The notes under the pieces: model-generated
The model's database searches: none
What the model was told of the DNA's origin: nothing
The model's input: only the letters and a program-made list of their open reading frames with translations
Shown here: positions 1 to 8,921 of the stretch, one piece after another
How positions within the stretch are numbered: the stretch's first letter is position 1
How the letters are laid out: every line of letters starts with the position of its first letter
Origin: Candidatus Micrarchaeota archaeon
GTDB taxonomy: Archaea; Micrarchaeota; Micrarchaeia; Anstonellales; Bilamarchaeaceae
Assembly (NCBI GenBank): GCA_040753215.1
Contig: JBFMEZ010000029.1
Span: forward strand, 44,021 to 108,020
Direction: 5' to 3'
Length of the DNA stretch: 64,000 nt
Program-made: the position numbers and the translations under genes

Positions 1-308
1 AGCACCTGGCTACAATCATGGAAAGAGTCCTAAAATCCGATTCGTCCATTCCCTCCAAAATACTCGCTCTCAAGGCGCTCTCCATCGCAAGGACCGAAGA
101 AGCCCTGCAACTCCTCACAATAGTAGCAAAATACGGCGACGTGGATGAGGTCTGCTTCGCAGCAGCGAAGGAGCTCGCCTCCCTCCCCCTCTACCAGGCA
201 CGAAAGGCCGCGGAATCCATCCTGGACTCCCTTCCCGAAGCCTACATCCGCCATCCCGAATTCGCTGCAGAACTCCGCAGGCTTCTGGCTGAAAGCCCGA
301 TAAACTGA
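1..308 (+). CDS. Hypothetical helical, HEAT-repeat-like protein; probably 5'-partial
   Basis: Frame is open to the window edge; Ala/Leu-rich helical pattern (ALKALS, EVCFAAAKELA). Confidence 0.45.
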   Translation, partial: HLATIMERVLKSDSSIPSKILALKALSIARTEEALQLLTIVAKYGDVDEVCFAAAKELASLPLYQARKAAESILDSLPEAYIRHPEFAAELRRLLAESPIN

Positions 309-383
309 TGTGTTTGATTCAGGTTAATTCAACAAAATACACGTTACATAACTTTATAAATCCTATCACAGGAAAATATCCTT

Positions 384-1625
384 ATGGCAGATAGTAAACC
401 AGGATCCGGAGCGCCAAGAATAGGCTTATTCCTGGAGCAAAGGCCAGTCCCGCAACATGGGCAAAGGCAGGTGATGGAACCTAGGCTCGAATTCGTGAGG
501 GAGCATCCCTTGCTGGAGCTCACGGCTTTCTACGACAGGGCGAACAAGATAACGGTTGCCCTCACTGACCCGAAGACCGGAAAGAGCGCACAAACCGATT
601 TCGTGGTCGCACCCAGCCGCCTCCTAGACTACGTAAAGGGAGGCGAGCCCTACGGTGTGAGCGTAGCAGACATGATTTTCGTTTCGGACAGGACTCCAGA
701 AAAATTCATCCCGCTGGTGGTATTTAAGCTCTTCATGGAAAGGTTCGTGGACCCCGGGCTGGATGAAACCGGCAGGGCAAAACACCTCAAGGCCGCATTT
801 GATGCAATACGCCTTGCCCCGTTCGCAGGCCTTAGCCTCAGTGAGATGGCTGAATTCATAAACATACTCATAGCGCACGATCCGAGCGGAGTGATAAAAG
901 CGGACCCTATAGTCCAGAAATACCTTGGCATACCTCCGTGGCGCGTCCCCGAGAGGGCAAAATACCTTGAGGCCCACCACGCCCACTGGAGAGTCAGGCA
1001 TTCCAGAGAGTTTGCGGCCCTTCTCTCCACCTTCAACTGCGAGCGCATGTTCAGGGACTTCCACGTTTCCAAGGCAGACCTCGTCCTCTTCAATGCCACC
1101 CATGCTAACCCCTACCTCCTCGGCGCATTCATAAGGAGGGCTTCCACGATCCCACTCGGAATGCCTTTTGTTGTTGACGAGGCGATGAGCGCACCCGCCT
1201 ATGCGCTCACAGAAGGCGAATGTGGCGTGGACCTGATAAGGTTCATTGAGGGGCGGCCTGACCGCACCAATGTTGTTATACGTTATGGCGGCGAGTTCGC
1301 TACGGAGAGAACGTGGACCGCCCTCGTTACCAGGGTAGAAACAGGGCTCCTTCTCCTGGAGCGCAGGATAGACGAAAGGGTGGCACAGCTCCAAGGCAGG
1401 GTGAAAGCGGTCACAGACCAAATCGAAAAGGCGAGAAAAGATATCGCAGCAGCAAAGGAGCAGCTTGCAACGGTCTATCATATCCCGCAAGACTTCGCTG
1501 CCCGTTTCGCCCACCTCGGGGAGTCCTCCCGCGCACTCATCGGCAATGCAGCCAAGTCGCTGGTTGCGCTTGGCGAGGAGCTCTCCACAGCCGAGCAGCT
1601 TAAAGCCGCAATCGGCGCGAAGTAA
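384..1625 (+). CDS. Hypothetical protein with C-terminal coiled coil
   Basis: 413-aa ORF after TATA-like TTTATAAA (353-360); heptad-rich C-terminus. Confidence 0.7.
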   Translation: MADSKPGSGAPRIGLFLEQRPVPQHGQRQVMEPRLEFVREHPLLELTAFYDRANKITVALTDPKTGKSAQTDFVVAPSRLLDYVKGGEPYGVSVADMIFVSDRTPEKFIPLVVFKLFMERFVDPGLDETGRAKHLKAAFDAIRLAPFAGLSLSEMAEFINILIAHDPSGVIKADPIVQKYLGIPPWRVPERAKYLEAHHAHWRVRHSREFAALLSTFNCERMFRDFHVSKADLVLFNATHANPYLLGAFIRRASTIPLGMPFVVDEAMSAPAYALTEGECGVDLIRFIEGRPDRTNVVIRYGGEFATERTWTALVTRVETGLLLLERRIDERVAQLQGRVKAVTDQIEKARKDIAAAKEQLATVYHIPQDFAARFAHLGESSRALIGNAAKSLVALGEELSTAEQLKAAIGAK

Positions 1626-1658
1626 TCCTTTTCTTTTTCCTTTTCGCGTTCTATCCCA

Positions 1659-1777
1659 TTTAAAAATCCTTCTTCCAATATTCTCTCTACCTTATTCGGC
1701 AATTCAGAAGTGCTCTTGCACTCACCTGGATTGCTCACGGCGTCCCCTCCGCAGGGGCTACGCAAAAGGGTAATCAT
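1659..1777 (+). promoter_or_regulatory. Promoter and structured 5' leader of the r-protein operon
   Basis: TTTAAAAA at 1659; stems GATTGCTC/GGGTAATC and CCCCT-ccgc-AGGGG just before the rpl3 ATG. Confidence 0.55.
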
Positions 1778-2713
1778 ATGACGGACATACATAAGCCCAG
1801 GCGAGGCTCACTCGCGTTCAGGCCGAGGAAGAGGGCGTCCTCCCAGATGCCTTCCGTGAATTTCTGGCCCGCAAGCACAGACGTGAGGCTGCTCGGCGCC
1901 GCCGGCTACAAGGCCGGGATGGCGCAGCTCTGCCACATAGACGACAGCGAGAACGTAACCAAGGGGCAGGAAATCACCTCCGCTGTGACCGTTGTTGAGA
2001 TGCCGCCCATGTACGTATACGGTTTCCGCGGGTATAAAGGGACGCGCAACATAACTGACATCCTCGTCCAGGATGAAAACATCCTCAAAAAGCTCGGGAT
2101 AAAAAAGAAATCCTCCCGCGAGCTCTCCCCCGAATCCGTTGATGAAATCTCCCTTCTCGTTTTCACGCAGCCGGAAAAGACCGGCATAGGCAAGAAGCAC
2201 CCCGAGCGGATGGAAATCCGCATCGGCGGCCCGGATTCAAAGGCGAAAATCGATTTCGCAAAAAACCTTCTCGGAAAAGAGCTCTCCCCAAAAGACATAT
2301 TCAAGCCCGGCGAATACGTGGACGTAATCTCCATAACAAAAGGCAAGGGATGGCAGGGCGCGATAAAGAGGTTCGGCGTTGACAAGCAGAGGCCCAAATC
2401 CACGGGCCGCGTGCGCCATGTAGGGACCCTCGGACAGTGGCACCCCGCCTACATCCTCTACACCGCCCCGCGCGCAGGCCAGATGGGCTACCACAAGCGC
2501 ACCGAGCTGAACAAGCGCATCCTGCGCATAGGCGAGAACGTTGATGAGATAAACCCCAAGGGCGGCTTCCCGCACTACGGGTTCGTGAAGAACCACTATG
2601 TCCTGATAAAAGGTTCTGTCCCCGGCCCGGTGAAGAGGCTCATCCGCCTCCGTGTCGGCACAAGGGCGCCGGCAACAATGGAGCCGAAGATTACCCAGCT
2701 ATTGCAGGTGTGA
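1778..2713 (+). CDS. rpl3: 50S ribosomal protein uL3
   Basis: HKPRRGSLAFRPRKRA, GKGWQGAIKRFG, GQMGYHKRTE motifs. Confidence 0.98.
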   Translation: MTDIHKPRRGSLAFRPRKRASSQMPSVNFWPASTDVRLLGAAGYKAGMAQLCHIDDSENVTKGQEITSAVTVVEMPPMYVYGFRGYKGTRNITDILVQDENILKKLGIKKKSSRELSPESVDEISLLVFTQPEKTGIGKKHPERMEIRIGGPDSKAKIDFAKNLLGKELSPKDIFKPGEYVDVISITKGKGWQGAIKRFGVDKQRPKSTGRVRHVGTLGQWHPAYILYTAPRAGQMGYHKRTELNKRILRIGENVDEINPKGGFPHYGFVKNHYVLIKGSVPGPVKRLIRLRVGTRAPATMEPKITQLLQV

Positions 2714-2716
2714 AAG

Positions 2717-3499
2717 ATGAAAGCGAAGATTTTCTCTCTTGAAGGCGTTTCTGCGAAAACGGCCGAGCTCCCTCCCCAGTTCTCCGAAGAGATAAGGGAG
2801 GAGATAATCCGCCGCGCGGTCCTGAGCGACGAGACGAAGCTCTACCAGCCTCAGGGCAGCTTCTACAAGGCGGGCTTCCAGACCTCAGCCCGCTACCGCG
2901 GGAGGAAGGAGGATTACGGCTCTTTGAAGAACCGCGGCCAGGCCCGCCTCCCAAGGGAAGTCCGCCCCAAGGGAAACTGGGGAAAGGTCCGCAGGATTCC
3001 TTCCTCGCTAAAGGGCCACAGGGCACACCCGCCCAAGGTTGAAAAGAGAATAGTCGAGCTTGTAAACAGGAAAGAATACAAAAAAGCGCTCAGGAGCGCG
3101 CTCGCCGCAACCGCCAGCCCCGCGCTCGCCCGCGCCCGCGGCCACCTCTTTGACTGCGAGCTACCCCTGGTTTTCGAGAATAAGCTCGAATCCCTTTCCA
3201 AGACGAAGGAAGTCCTCTCCGCCCTTGAGAAGCTCGCGGGGAAGGACCTGGAGCGCGCCCGCTCCAGCCGCAAGCCAAGGAGCGGAACACGCTCCCGCAA
3301 GGCAGGCACGCGCACCGCAAAGTCCCTCCTCCTCGTTGTTTCCGGAGGCAGCATCCTCAAATCCGCCCGGAACATACCCGGAGTGGATGTTGTGCAGGCG
3401 GAAAAGCTCCGCGTGAAGGACCTCGCCCCGGGCACCCACCCCGGAAGGTTCACCCTCTACACGGAAAATGCCCTGAAGAAGATACATGAGGTGTTATGA
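2717..3499 (+). CDS. rpl4: 50S ribosomal protein uL4
   Basis: GHRAHPPK, RNIPGVDV, LAPGTHPGR motifs; operon position. Confidence 0.97.
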   Translation: MKAKIFSLEGVSAKTAELPPQFSEEIREEIIRRAVLSDETKLYQPQGSFYKAGFQTSARYRGRKEDYGSLKNRGQARLPREVRPKGNWGKVRRIPSSLKGHRAHPPKVEKRIVELVNRKEYKKALRSALAATASPALARARGHLFDCELPLVFENKLESLSKTKEVLSALEKLAGKDLERARSSRKPRSGTRSRKAGTRTAKSLLLVVSGGSILKSARNIPGVDVVQAEKLRVKDLAPGTHPGRFTLYTENALKKIHEVL

Positions 3500-3711
3500 T
3501 GATACTCGAAGCCCCCACTCCTTTTTTCTCGCTCCACCTCGCCCAAGGCTCGGTTCCGCTCTGCATACACATAGGCAAAAAGGAGACCAAAAACCTCTGG
3601 CATGCTTCCTATCACCCCCTTCGCTTCGTGCCCCACAAAAAACGCGGAGGGAAATATACTCACAGAAAATGCGTAATCCGGGAGGTGTTATGATGATACT
3701 CGAAGCCCCCA
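3488..3711 (+). mobile_element. 194-bp insertion flanked by a 30-bp direct repeat of the rpl23 RBS and start
   Basis: GAGGTGTTATGATGATACTCGAAGCCCCCA is identical at 3488-3517 and 3682-3711. Confidence 0.8.
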
Positions 3712-3941
3712 TAAAGACCGAAAAAGCAATAGGAAGGATAGAGTTCGAGAACACAATCACATTCCGCGTCTCTTCCGGCTCGACCAAGGGCGGCGTGAAA
3801 TCCGAAGTGGAAAAGCTTTTCGGGGTGAAGGTCGCAGGGGTGCGCACGTACACCACCCCCACCGGCGAGAAGAGGGCTGTCGTGCGCCTCGCTGAGGGCT
3901 TCAAGGCGGAGGACATCTCCTCCAAGCTAAAGATGGTGTGA
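3690..3941 (+). CDS. rpl23: 50S ribosomal protein uL23
   Basis: PIKTEKA, VEKLFGVKV, GEKRAVVRL; GGAGGTG RBS. Confidence 0.95.
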   Translation: MMILEAPIKTEKAIGRIEFENTITFRVSSGSTKGGVKSEVEKLFGVKVAGVRTYTTPTGEKRAVVRLAEGFKAEDISSKLKMV

Positions 3942-3943
3942 TT

Positions 3944-4696
3944 ATGGGAAAGAAACTCAAGCAGCAGAAGAGGGGGAAGGGCTCCCCGAGGTACCTCGCC
4001 CCCGGCAACAGGTACAAGGCGGACCTCCTCTACCGCGATTACGACGATGTGGAGAAGACCAGCGTCCTGAAGGGCCAGGTGATGGAATTCGTTGACGACC
4101 CTTCCCGCGGCGCCCTGCTCATGCACGTAAGGTACGACAACGGGGAAGACGGCTTCCTGCTCGCCCCGGAGGGAATCTGCCTCCACGACGGCGTGGAGAT
4201 AGGCGCGCAGGCATCCCTTGCCATAGGGAACGTCCTCCCGCTCTACCGCATACCCGACGGCTCATACGTATTCAACATAGAGCTCAGCCCCGGGGACGGC
4301 GGAAAGCTCGTCCGCACGCCCGGCTCCTACGCGGTCCTCGTTTCAAAGGAGGGCCCCCGCGCCTTCGTGAAGCTCCCGTCCAGGAAAGTGGTCGCCCTCT
4401 CCTCCGATTCCCGCGCCCAGGTCGGCGTGGTCTCCGGCGGGGGCCGCTCCGAGAAGCCCATGCTGAGGGCAGGCGTCCAGTATTACAAGAAAAAGGCGCA
4501 GAACCGGCTCTGGCCCGTGCCCAGGGGCGTGCACCAGTCGGCTTACAACCACCCGCACGGCGGGAAGCAGCACCACGAGGGCAAGCCCACCACCGTTTCG
4601 AGGGGTGCGCCGCCCGGAAGCAAGGTGGGGCACATCGCAGCCCGCATGACGGGAAGGAAGAAGGCCAGGAAGGCAGAAGAAACGGGTGAATCATAA
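3944..4696 (+). CDS. rpl2: 50S ribosomal protein uL2
   Basis: MGKKLKQQKRGKGSP, HPHGG, APPGSKVGHIAAR. Confidence 0.98.
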   Translation: MGKKLKQQKRGKGSPRYLAPGNRYKADLLYRDYDDVEKTSVLKGQVMEFVDDPSRGALLMHVRYDNGEDGFLLAPEGICLHDGVEIGAQASLAIGNVLPLYRIPDGSYVFNIELSPGDGGKLVRTPGSYAVLVSKEGPRAFVKLPSRKVVALSSDSRAQVGVVSGGGRSEKPMLRAGVQYYKKKAQNRLWPVPRGVHQSAYNHPHGGKQHHEGKPTTVSRGAPPGSKVGHIAARMTGRKKARKAEETGES

Positions 4697-5097
4697 TGGC
4701 AAGAAAGGAACTATTCCGGGGCTATGAGGAAGAGCAGATGCGCGACATGGCTGTGGAGAATTTCCTCCCGCTGCTCACCTCCCGCGAGAGGAGGACCTTG
4801 AAGCGGATAAACCAGAACCCCGCGTACAAGAAGCTGGTGGACAAGGTGAGGAAGCTGAAGAAGGAGGGGAAGCTTTCAAAGCCGGTAAAGACCCAGGTCC
4901 GCGAAGCGGTCATCCTCCCTGAATGGCTCGGCCTCCGCTTCGCAGTCCATAACGGGAAGGAATACAAGCCCGTCCAGATCACGCTCCACTCCCTCGGGAA
5001 GAGGCTCGGCGATTTCGCCCACTCCTCTTACAGGGTGCTGCACTCCGGGCCCGGGGTGGGAGCCACGAGGGGAAGCAAATTCGTGCCGCTGAAGTGA
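4696..5097 (+). CDS. rps19: 30S ribosomal protein uS19
   Basis: VHNGKEY, HSGPGVGATRGSKFVPLK. Confidence 0.98.
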   Translation: MARKELFRGYEEEQMRDMAVENFLPLLTSRERRTLKRINQNPAYKKLVDKVRKLKKEGKLSKPVKTQVREAVILPEWLGLRFAVHNGKEYKPVQITLHSLGKRLGDFAHSSYRVLHSGPGVGATRGSKFVPLK

Positions 5098-5783
5098 TGG
5101 ATATGTATTCGTATGTCATAGAGAAAGGGAAGGAGGGCGATTTCGCCCGTGCCCGCGTGGAAGGGGCAGACGTATCAGTAAAAGACCTGGTTGAGGTGTG
5201 CGGCAGCATACGCCGCAGGCCCGCGGGCCAGGCCCTCCGCTTCCTGGAGGAAGCCGCGGAAGGAAGGCGGCCCGTCCTCTTCCGCTCCAGCAACAAGCGG
5301 CTCGGCCACAGGCGCGAGCTCGGCGGGAAGAAGGGCAGGTACCCGCGGAAGCCCGCCCGCATACTCCTCGGCGCGCTCCGCAGCGCCCTCGCCAACGCGC
5401 AGCAGAAAGGGCTCAGCGAGGAGCTGGTAGTCGCGCACGTGTGCGCAAACAAGAAGCTCTCTTACATGCGCTATTCTCCGAAGGGGAGGCGCAACGTCTC
5501 CAAGCTCGTAACCGCGCGCGTCGAGATAGTCCTTAAGGAAAAGGAGGGCGCGAAGAGGCCGAAGAAGGAAGCCGCGAAAGCCCCTGCAAAGGGGGAGAAG
5601 CCCGAAGCGCCCAAAGAGGCACTGAAGAAGGAAGAGGCAAAGAAGGAGCAGGAAGCGCTTAAGGCGGAGGTAAAAGCCGAGGATGCCGAGCTCGAGGAGA
5701 AGCGGGAGGAGAAGGCCGCAAGGCACCCCAGGGAGGAGAAATCCCTGCCCGGGAGAGGGGCCCCGCAGCAGCAGAGGAAGTGA
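5094..5783 (+). CDS. rpl22: 50S ribosomal protein uL22 with charged C-terminal extension
   Basis: GRYPRK, ANAQQKGL; operon position. Confidence 0.93.
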   Translation: MMDMYSYVIEKGKEGDFARARVEGADVSVKDLVEVCGSIRRRPAGQALRFLEEAAEGRRPVLFRSSNKRLGHRRELGGKKGRYPRKPARILLGALRSALANAQQKGLSEELVVAHVCANKKLSYMRYSPKGRRNVSKLVTARVEIVLKEKEGAKRPKKEAAKAPAKGEKPEAPKEALKKEEAKKEQEALKAEVKAEDAELEEKREEKAARHPREEKSLPGRGAPQQQRK

Positions 5784-5787
5784 TGAG

Positions 5788-6417
5788 ATGGTGATAGAGA
5801 AGAAGTTCATAGATTCCCCGATTGAGAAATACCGGGTGATGAAGTTCCTGGAGAAGGAGCTGGACAAGGCGGGAGTCGCCAACATAGATATCCAGCGCAC
5901 GCCCATCGTCACGCGCATCTCGATAGAGGTCCTGAACCCCGGAAGGGTGATCGGCCGCAAGGGAAAGACCATCAACACCCTCACCGAAACCCTCAGGACG
6001 AAATTCGGTCTCGAGAACCCGCAGATAAGCGTCGTGGAATCCAAGAACCCGGCGCTCGAGCCCCGCCTCGTCGCCAAGAAGGCTGCGAAATACATAGAGA
6101 TGGGCAAGAAGGTGCGCGCGGTGCTCCACTTCCTCATCCACGACACAATCCGCAACGGCGCGGTCGGGGCGGAGATAGTGGCGGCAGGCAAGATAGGCGC
6201 AAAGGGCGCGCGTGCAAAATCCCTCCGCGTGGCGGTCGGCTACATACCCAAGTCCGGCGAGCCGGCAAAGCTCGTGAGGGAGGCGCACGTGGCGGCAAAC
6301 ACGAAATCCGGAATCATCGGCGTCCTGGTGAGGATTGCGCCGCCCGGGACGGTCTTCCCCGACAAGGGCGCGCCCACCGAAGTGGTCCTTCCCAAGACGC
6401 TTGCAAAAGCGAAGTGA
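5788..6417 (+). CDS. rps3: 30S ribosomal protein uS3
   Basis: KH motif PGRVIGRKG; GIIGVLVRI. Confidence 0.97.
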   Translation: MVIEKKFIDSPIEKYRVMKFLEKELDKAGVANIDIQRTPIVTRISIEVLNPGRVIGRKGKTINTLTETLRTKFGLENPQISVVESKNPALEPRLVAKKAAKYIEMGKKVRAVLHFLIHDTIRNGAVGAEIVAAGKIGAKGARAKSLRVAVGYIPKSGEPAKLVREAHVAANTKSGIIGVLVRIAPPGTVFPDKGAPTEVVLPKTLAKAK

Positions 6418-6422
6418 TGCTC

Positions 6423-6567
6423 ATGGCAATCGCAAGAAAAAACGCGGGGGAAGCGTCCCCCCCATTTTCCTCCACCTTTCTGACCCCCCTCCACTTCGCT
6501 TTGAGGCGCTTTGAACGCGCTCCTTACGCAAGGGGCAACACAGGGGTGAACTGAAATGGCAATCGCA
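6423..6567 (+). mobile_element. 133-bp insertion duplicating the rpl29 start
   Basis: ATGGCAATCGCA at 6423 and 6556; body shares AAAAACGCGG...CCCCATTTT...TCTGACCC with the cmk insert. Confidence 0.75.
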
Positions 6568-6810
6568 CGCATAAACGATTTGAGGGCGCTTGCGCCCGAA
6601 GAGCTTGCGAAGAGGCTCGAGACATACGGGCGCGAGATGCTCGAGGCGGGGGAGAACCCCAAGAAGGGGAAGAACCTCCGGAAGGCGATCGCCCGCATAA
6701 AGACCGTACTCAGCGAGGGCAAAATTGCCCCGGGGAAGGCGGCCGCAGGCACACAGAAGCCGCCATCCGTAAAAGAAGCAAAACAGAAGAAGGTGAGAAA
6801 AGTTGCCTGA
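6556..6810 (+). CDS. rpl29: 50S ribosomal protein uL29
   Basis: LRKAIARIKTVL; operon position. Confidence 0.93.
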   Translation: MAIARINDLRALAPEELAKRLETYGREMLEAGENPKKGKNLRKAIARIKTVLSEGKIAPGKAAAGTQKPPSVKEAKQKKVRKVA

Positions 6811-7108
6811 GATATGCAAGAAATGCGGAATGATCAAGGACCTCTGCGTTTGCGAGATCCTTGACAAGGAAAAAGCGACGAAGATAAGGGTGTACACGAC
6901 AAAGGCGAAGTTCCAGAAGCTCGTCACCATTGTGGAAGGGATAGACCGCAAGAATGTCGACGATGCCGCGAAGGAGCTGAAGCACGCCCTCGCGTGCGGC
7001 GGGACCGCAAAGGACGGGCAGGTGGTGCTCCAGGGGGACCACAAGAAAAAGATAAAGGCCGTCCTCGTGAAGCTCGGATACTCCCCCGAAGGAATAGAGG
7101 TTGAATGA
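6803..7108 (+). CDS. Translation initiation factor aIF1 (SUI1 family)
   Basis: ICKKCG...LCVCE, LACGGTAKDG, LQGDH; TTG start. Confidence 0.95.
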   Translation: MPEICKKCGMIKDLCVCEILDKEKATKIRVYTTKAKFQKLVTIVEGIDRKNVDDAAKELKHALACGGTAKDGQVVLQGDHKKKIKAVLVKLGYSPEGIEVE

Positions 7109-7119
7109 AGGTGGTTTGA

Positions 7120-7419
7120 TTGGCAGAATGCACGGACAGGAATTGCCATGTTCACGGAACGCTTGCGGTGCGTGGCGCCCGCCTCACCGGCAGGGTCGTC
7201 AGCGACAAGGGCAAGCGCACCGTAATCGTGGAGAGGGACATAACGAAGAAAATCACCAAATACAAGAGGTGGGCGCGGGGAAGGTCCCGGATACCGGCGC
7301 ACAACCCTGACTGCATAGGCGCAAGGAAGGGCGACATGGTCCGCATAGGGGAGTCCCGCAAGATAAGCCGCACCAAGGCATGGGCGGTCCTTGAGGTCCT
7401 GAAGGGTGAGGAGAAATGA
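7120..7419 (+). CDS. rps17: 30S ribosomal protein uS17
   Basis: CTDRNCHVHG, GRVVSDK, SRKISRTK; TTG start. Confidence 0.96.
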   Translation: MAECTDRNCHVHGTLAVRGARLTGRVVSDKGKRTVIVERDITKKITKYKRWARGRSRIPAHNPDCIGARKGDMVRIGESRKISRTKAWAVLEVLKGEEK

Positions 7420-7472
7420 TGGCAAAATTCTGCGGAATTTTGACAGAATTTTCACCAGAGGTGAAAATATGA
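7416..7472 (+). repeat. Palindromic mini-insert between rps17 and rpl14
   Basis: TGGCAAAATTC-TGCG-GAATTTTGACA hairpin. Confidence 0.65.
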
Positions 7473-7867
7473 AGGCGCTCGCTGCAAACGTAACAAGGGG
7501 GCTCAGCATCGGCACGAGGCTCCTCTGCCACGACAACAGCGGCGCGCGGGAGCTCCAGATAATCGGCGTGCTGCGCGCCGGCTCGGTGCGCGGCAGGGTT
7601 CCTTCCGCTGGCGTGGGCAGCGTGGTAATCGCCGCCGTGAAGAAGGGCAACCCCGACATGGTGAAGAAGGTGGTGCGCGCGCTCATAATCAGGCAGAAGA
7701 AGGAATTCCGCAGGCCGAGCGGGCTGCGCGTCTCGTTCGAGGACAACGCCGCCGTCCTCATCACCGAGGAAGGCCTCCCGGTCGGCACCGAGATAAAGGG
7801 GGTGGTGGCCAAGGAGGTCGCGGAGCGGTTTTCCAAGGTGGCGGCAATCGCCCCCGGCGTAATCTGA
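7469..7867 (+). CDS. rpl14: 50S ribosomal protein uL14
   Basis: DNSGARE, FEDNAAVL, GTEIKGVVAKE. Confidence 0.98.
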   Translation: MKALAANVTRGLSIGTRLLCHDNSGARELQIIGVLRAGSVRGRVPSAGVGSVVIAAVKKGNPDMVKKVVRALIIRQKKEFRRPSGLRVSFEDNAAVLITEEGLPVGTEIKGVVAKEVAERFSKVAAIAPGVI

Positions 7868-7870
7868 GGG

Positions 7871-8218
7871 ATGCTTATGAAGAGAAGAAGGGAGAGGAGA
7901 AAGGCTTTCCGCGGGATGCTGCACAGGAGGAAGCTCCGTGTGCACCTTTCCGGGGAGCTGAAGGGAAAGCTCGGCACCGGCATGCGCTCCCTGCTCGTGA
8001 ACAAGGGAGACACCGTGAAGGTGATGCGCGGCGGCAGCAAGGGAAAGGCCGCCAGGGTCGCCCGCGTCAGCGTCCTGAAGAGGAAGGTTTACCTCGAGGG
8101 GCTGACCGTGCGCAACCGCAGGGGGGTGGAATCCCTCATCCCCTTCGACCCGTCCAACCTCATGCTCACGGAGCTGAAGGAATCGGCATACAGGAAAGGG
8201 CTTCTTAAAGGTGAATGA
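7871..8218 (+). CDS. rpl24: 50S ribosomal protein uL24
   Basis: KGDTVKVMRG, PFDPSNLMLTEL. Confidence 0.96.
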   Translation: MLMKRRRERRKAFRGMLHRRKLRVHLSGELKGKLGTGMRSLLVNKGDTVKVMRGGSKGKAARVARVSVLKRKVYLEGLTVRNRRGVESLIPFDPSNLMLTELKESAYRKGLLKGE

Positions 8219-8219
8219 A

Positions 8220-8921
8220 ATGGCAAAGAGAGGAAGAAGCAACCACATGAAAAGGCTCGCGGCACCGAAGGCGATCCCTGTCCACGACAGGAAAGCCCGC
8301 AAATGGATAGCAAGGCCCGTCCCGGGCCCGCACGGCACCTCGCACGCAATCCCGCTCTCGGTCCTGGTCAGGGACGTGCTCGGCCTCGCGGACACCCTTT
8401 TCGAGGTGAAGAAGGTACTCAATGCGCGCAGGGTCCTTGTGGACGGCATAGCCCGCACCGAGCCGAACTACCCGGTCGGGCTCATGGATGTTGTCTCAAT
8501 CCCCGACGCAAAGCTTTATTACCGCATCACAATCTCCCGCGGAAAGCTGGAGCCGCACAAGATCGATGAGAAGGATTCCCACGATAAGCTTCTGAAGGTG
8601 GTGGGCAAGCACACCGCCCCCGGCAGCAGGGCATCGGTCGTCTTCCACGACGGCCGCAGCGCGTCCGCGGACCAGCACGTAAAGGTCGGCGACTCCGTGC
8701 TCTTTTCCCTGAAGGAGAAGAAAATCCTTAAGCTACTGAAGCGCGGCATACGCGCAAAGTGCCTCATCGTCAGCGGAAAACACGCGGGCGCCGAGGCGAA
8801 GATAGAGAAATTCTTCGAGGGGAAGGAGGGCAAGCCCACCGAAGCCCTTGTGAGGGCGAAGGAAGGGGAAATCCGCACGCTTTCCAGCTACCTCTTCATA
8901 ACAGGTGAGGCCAATGAGTAA
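8220..8921 (+). CDS. rps4e: 30S ribosomal protein eS4
   Basis: HMKRLAAP, PGPH, YPVGLMDVVSI. Confidence 0.97.
   Translation: MAKRGRSNHMKRLAAPKAIPVHDRKARKWIARPVPGPHGTSHAIPLSVLVRDVLGLADTLFEVKKVLNARRVLVDGIARTEPNYPVGLMDVVSIPDAKLYYRITISRGKLEPHKIDEKDSHDKLLKVVGKHTAPGSRASVVFHDGRSASADQHVKVGDSVLFSLKEKKILKLLKRGIRAKCLIVSGKHAGAEAKIEKFFEGKEGKPTEALVRAKEGEIRTLSSYLFITGEANE

Noticed and set aside
1767..1778. AGGGTAATCATA shared by the rpl3 leader and the 62-bp element
   Set aside because: A single 12-mer match can arise by chance in 64 kb
3486..3689. N-terminally extended uL23 (151-aa ORF in the track)
   Set aside because: The extension is the insert read in another frame; the RBS supports a start at 3690/3693
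6421..8458. Long antisense ORFs over r-protein genes (e.g. 6421-8040, 7253-8458)
   Set aside because: Shadow frames of GC-biased coding sequence with no protein motifs
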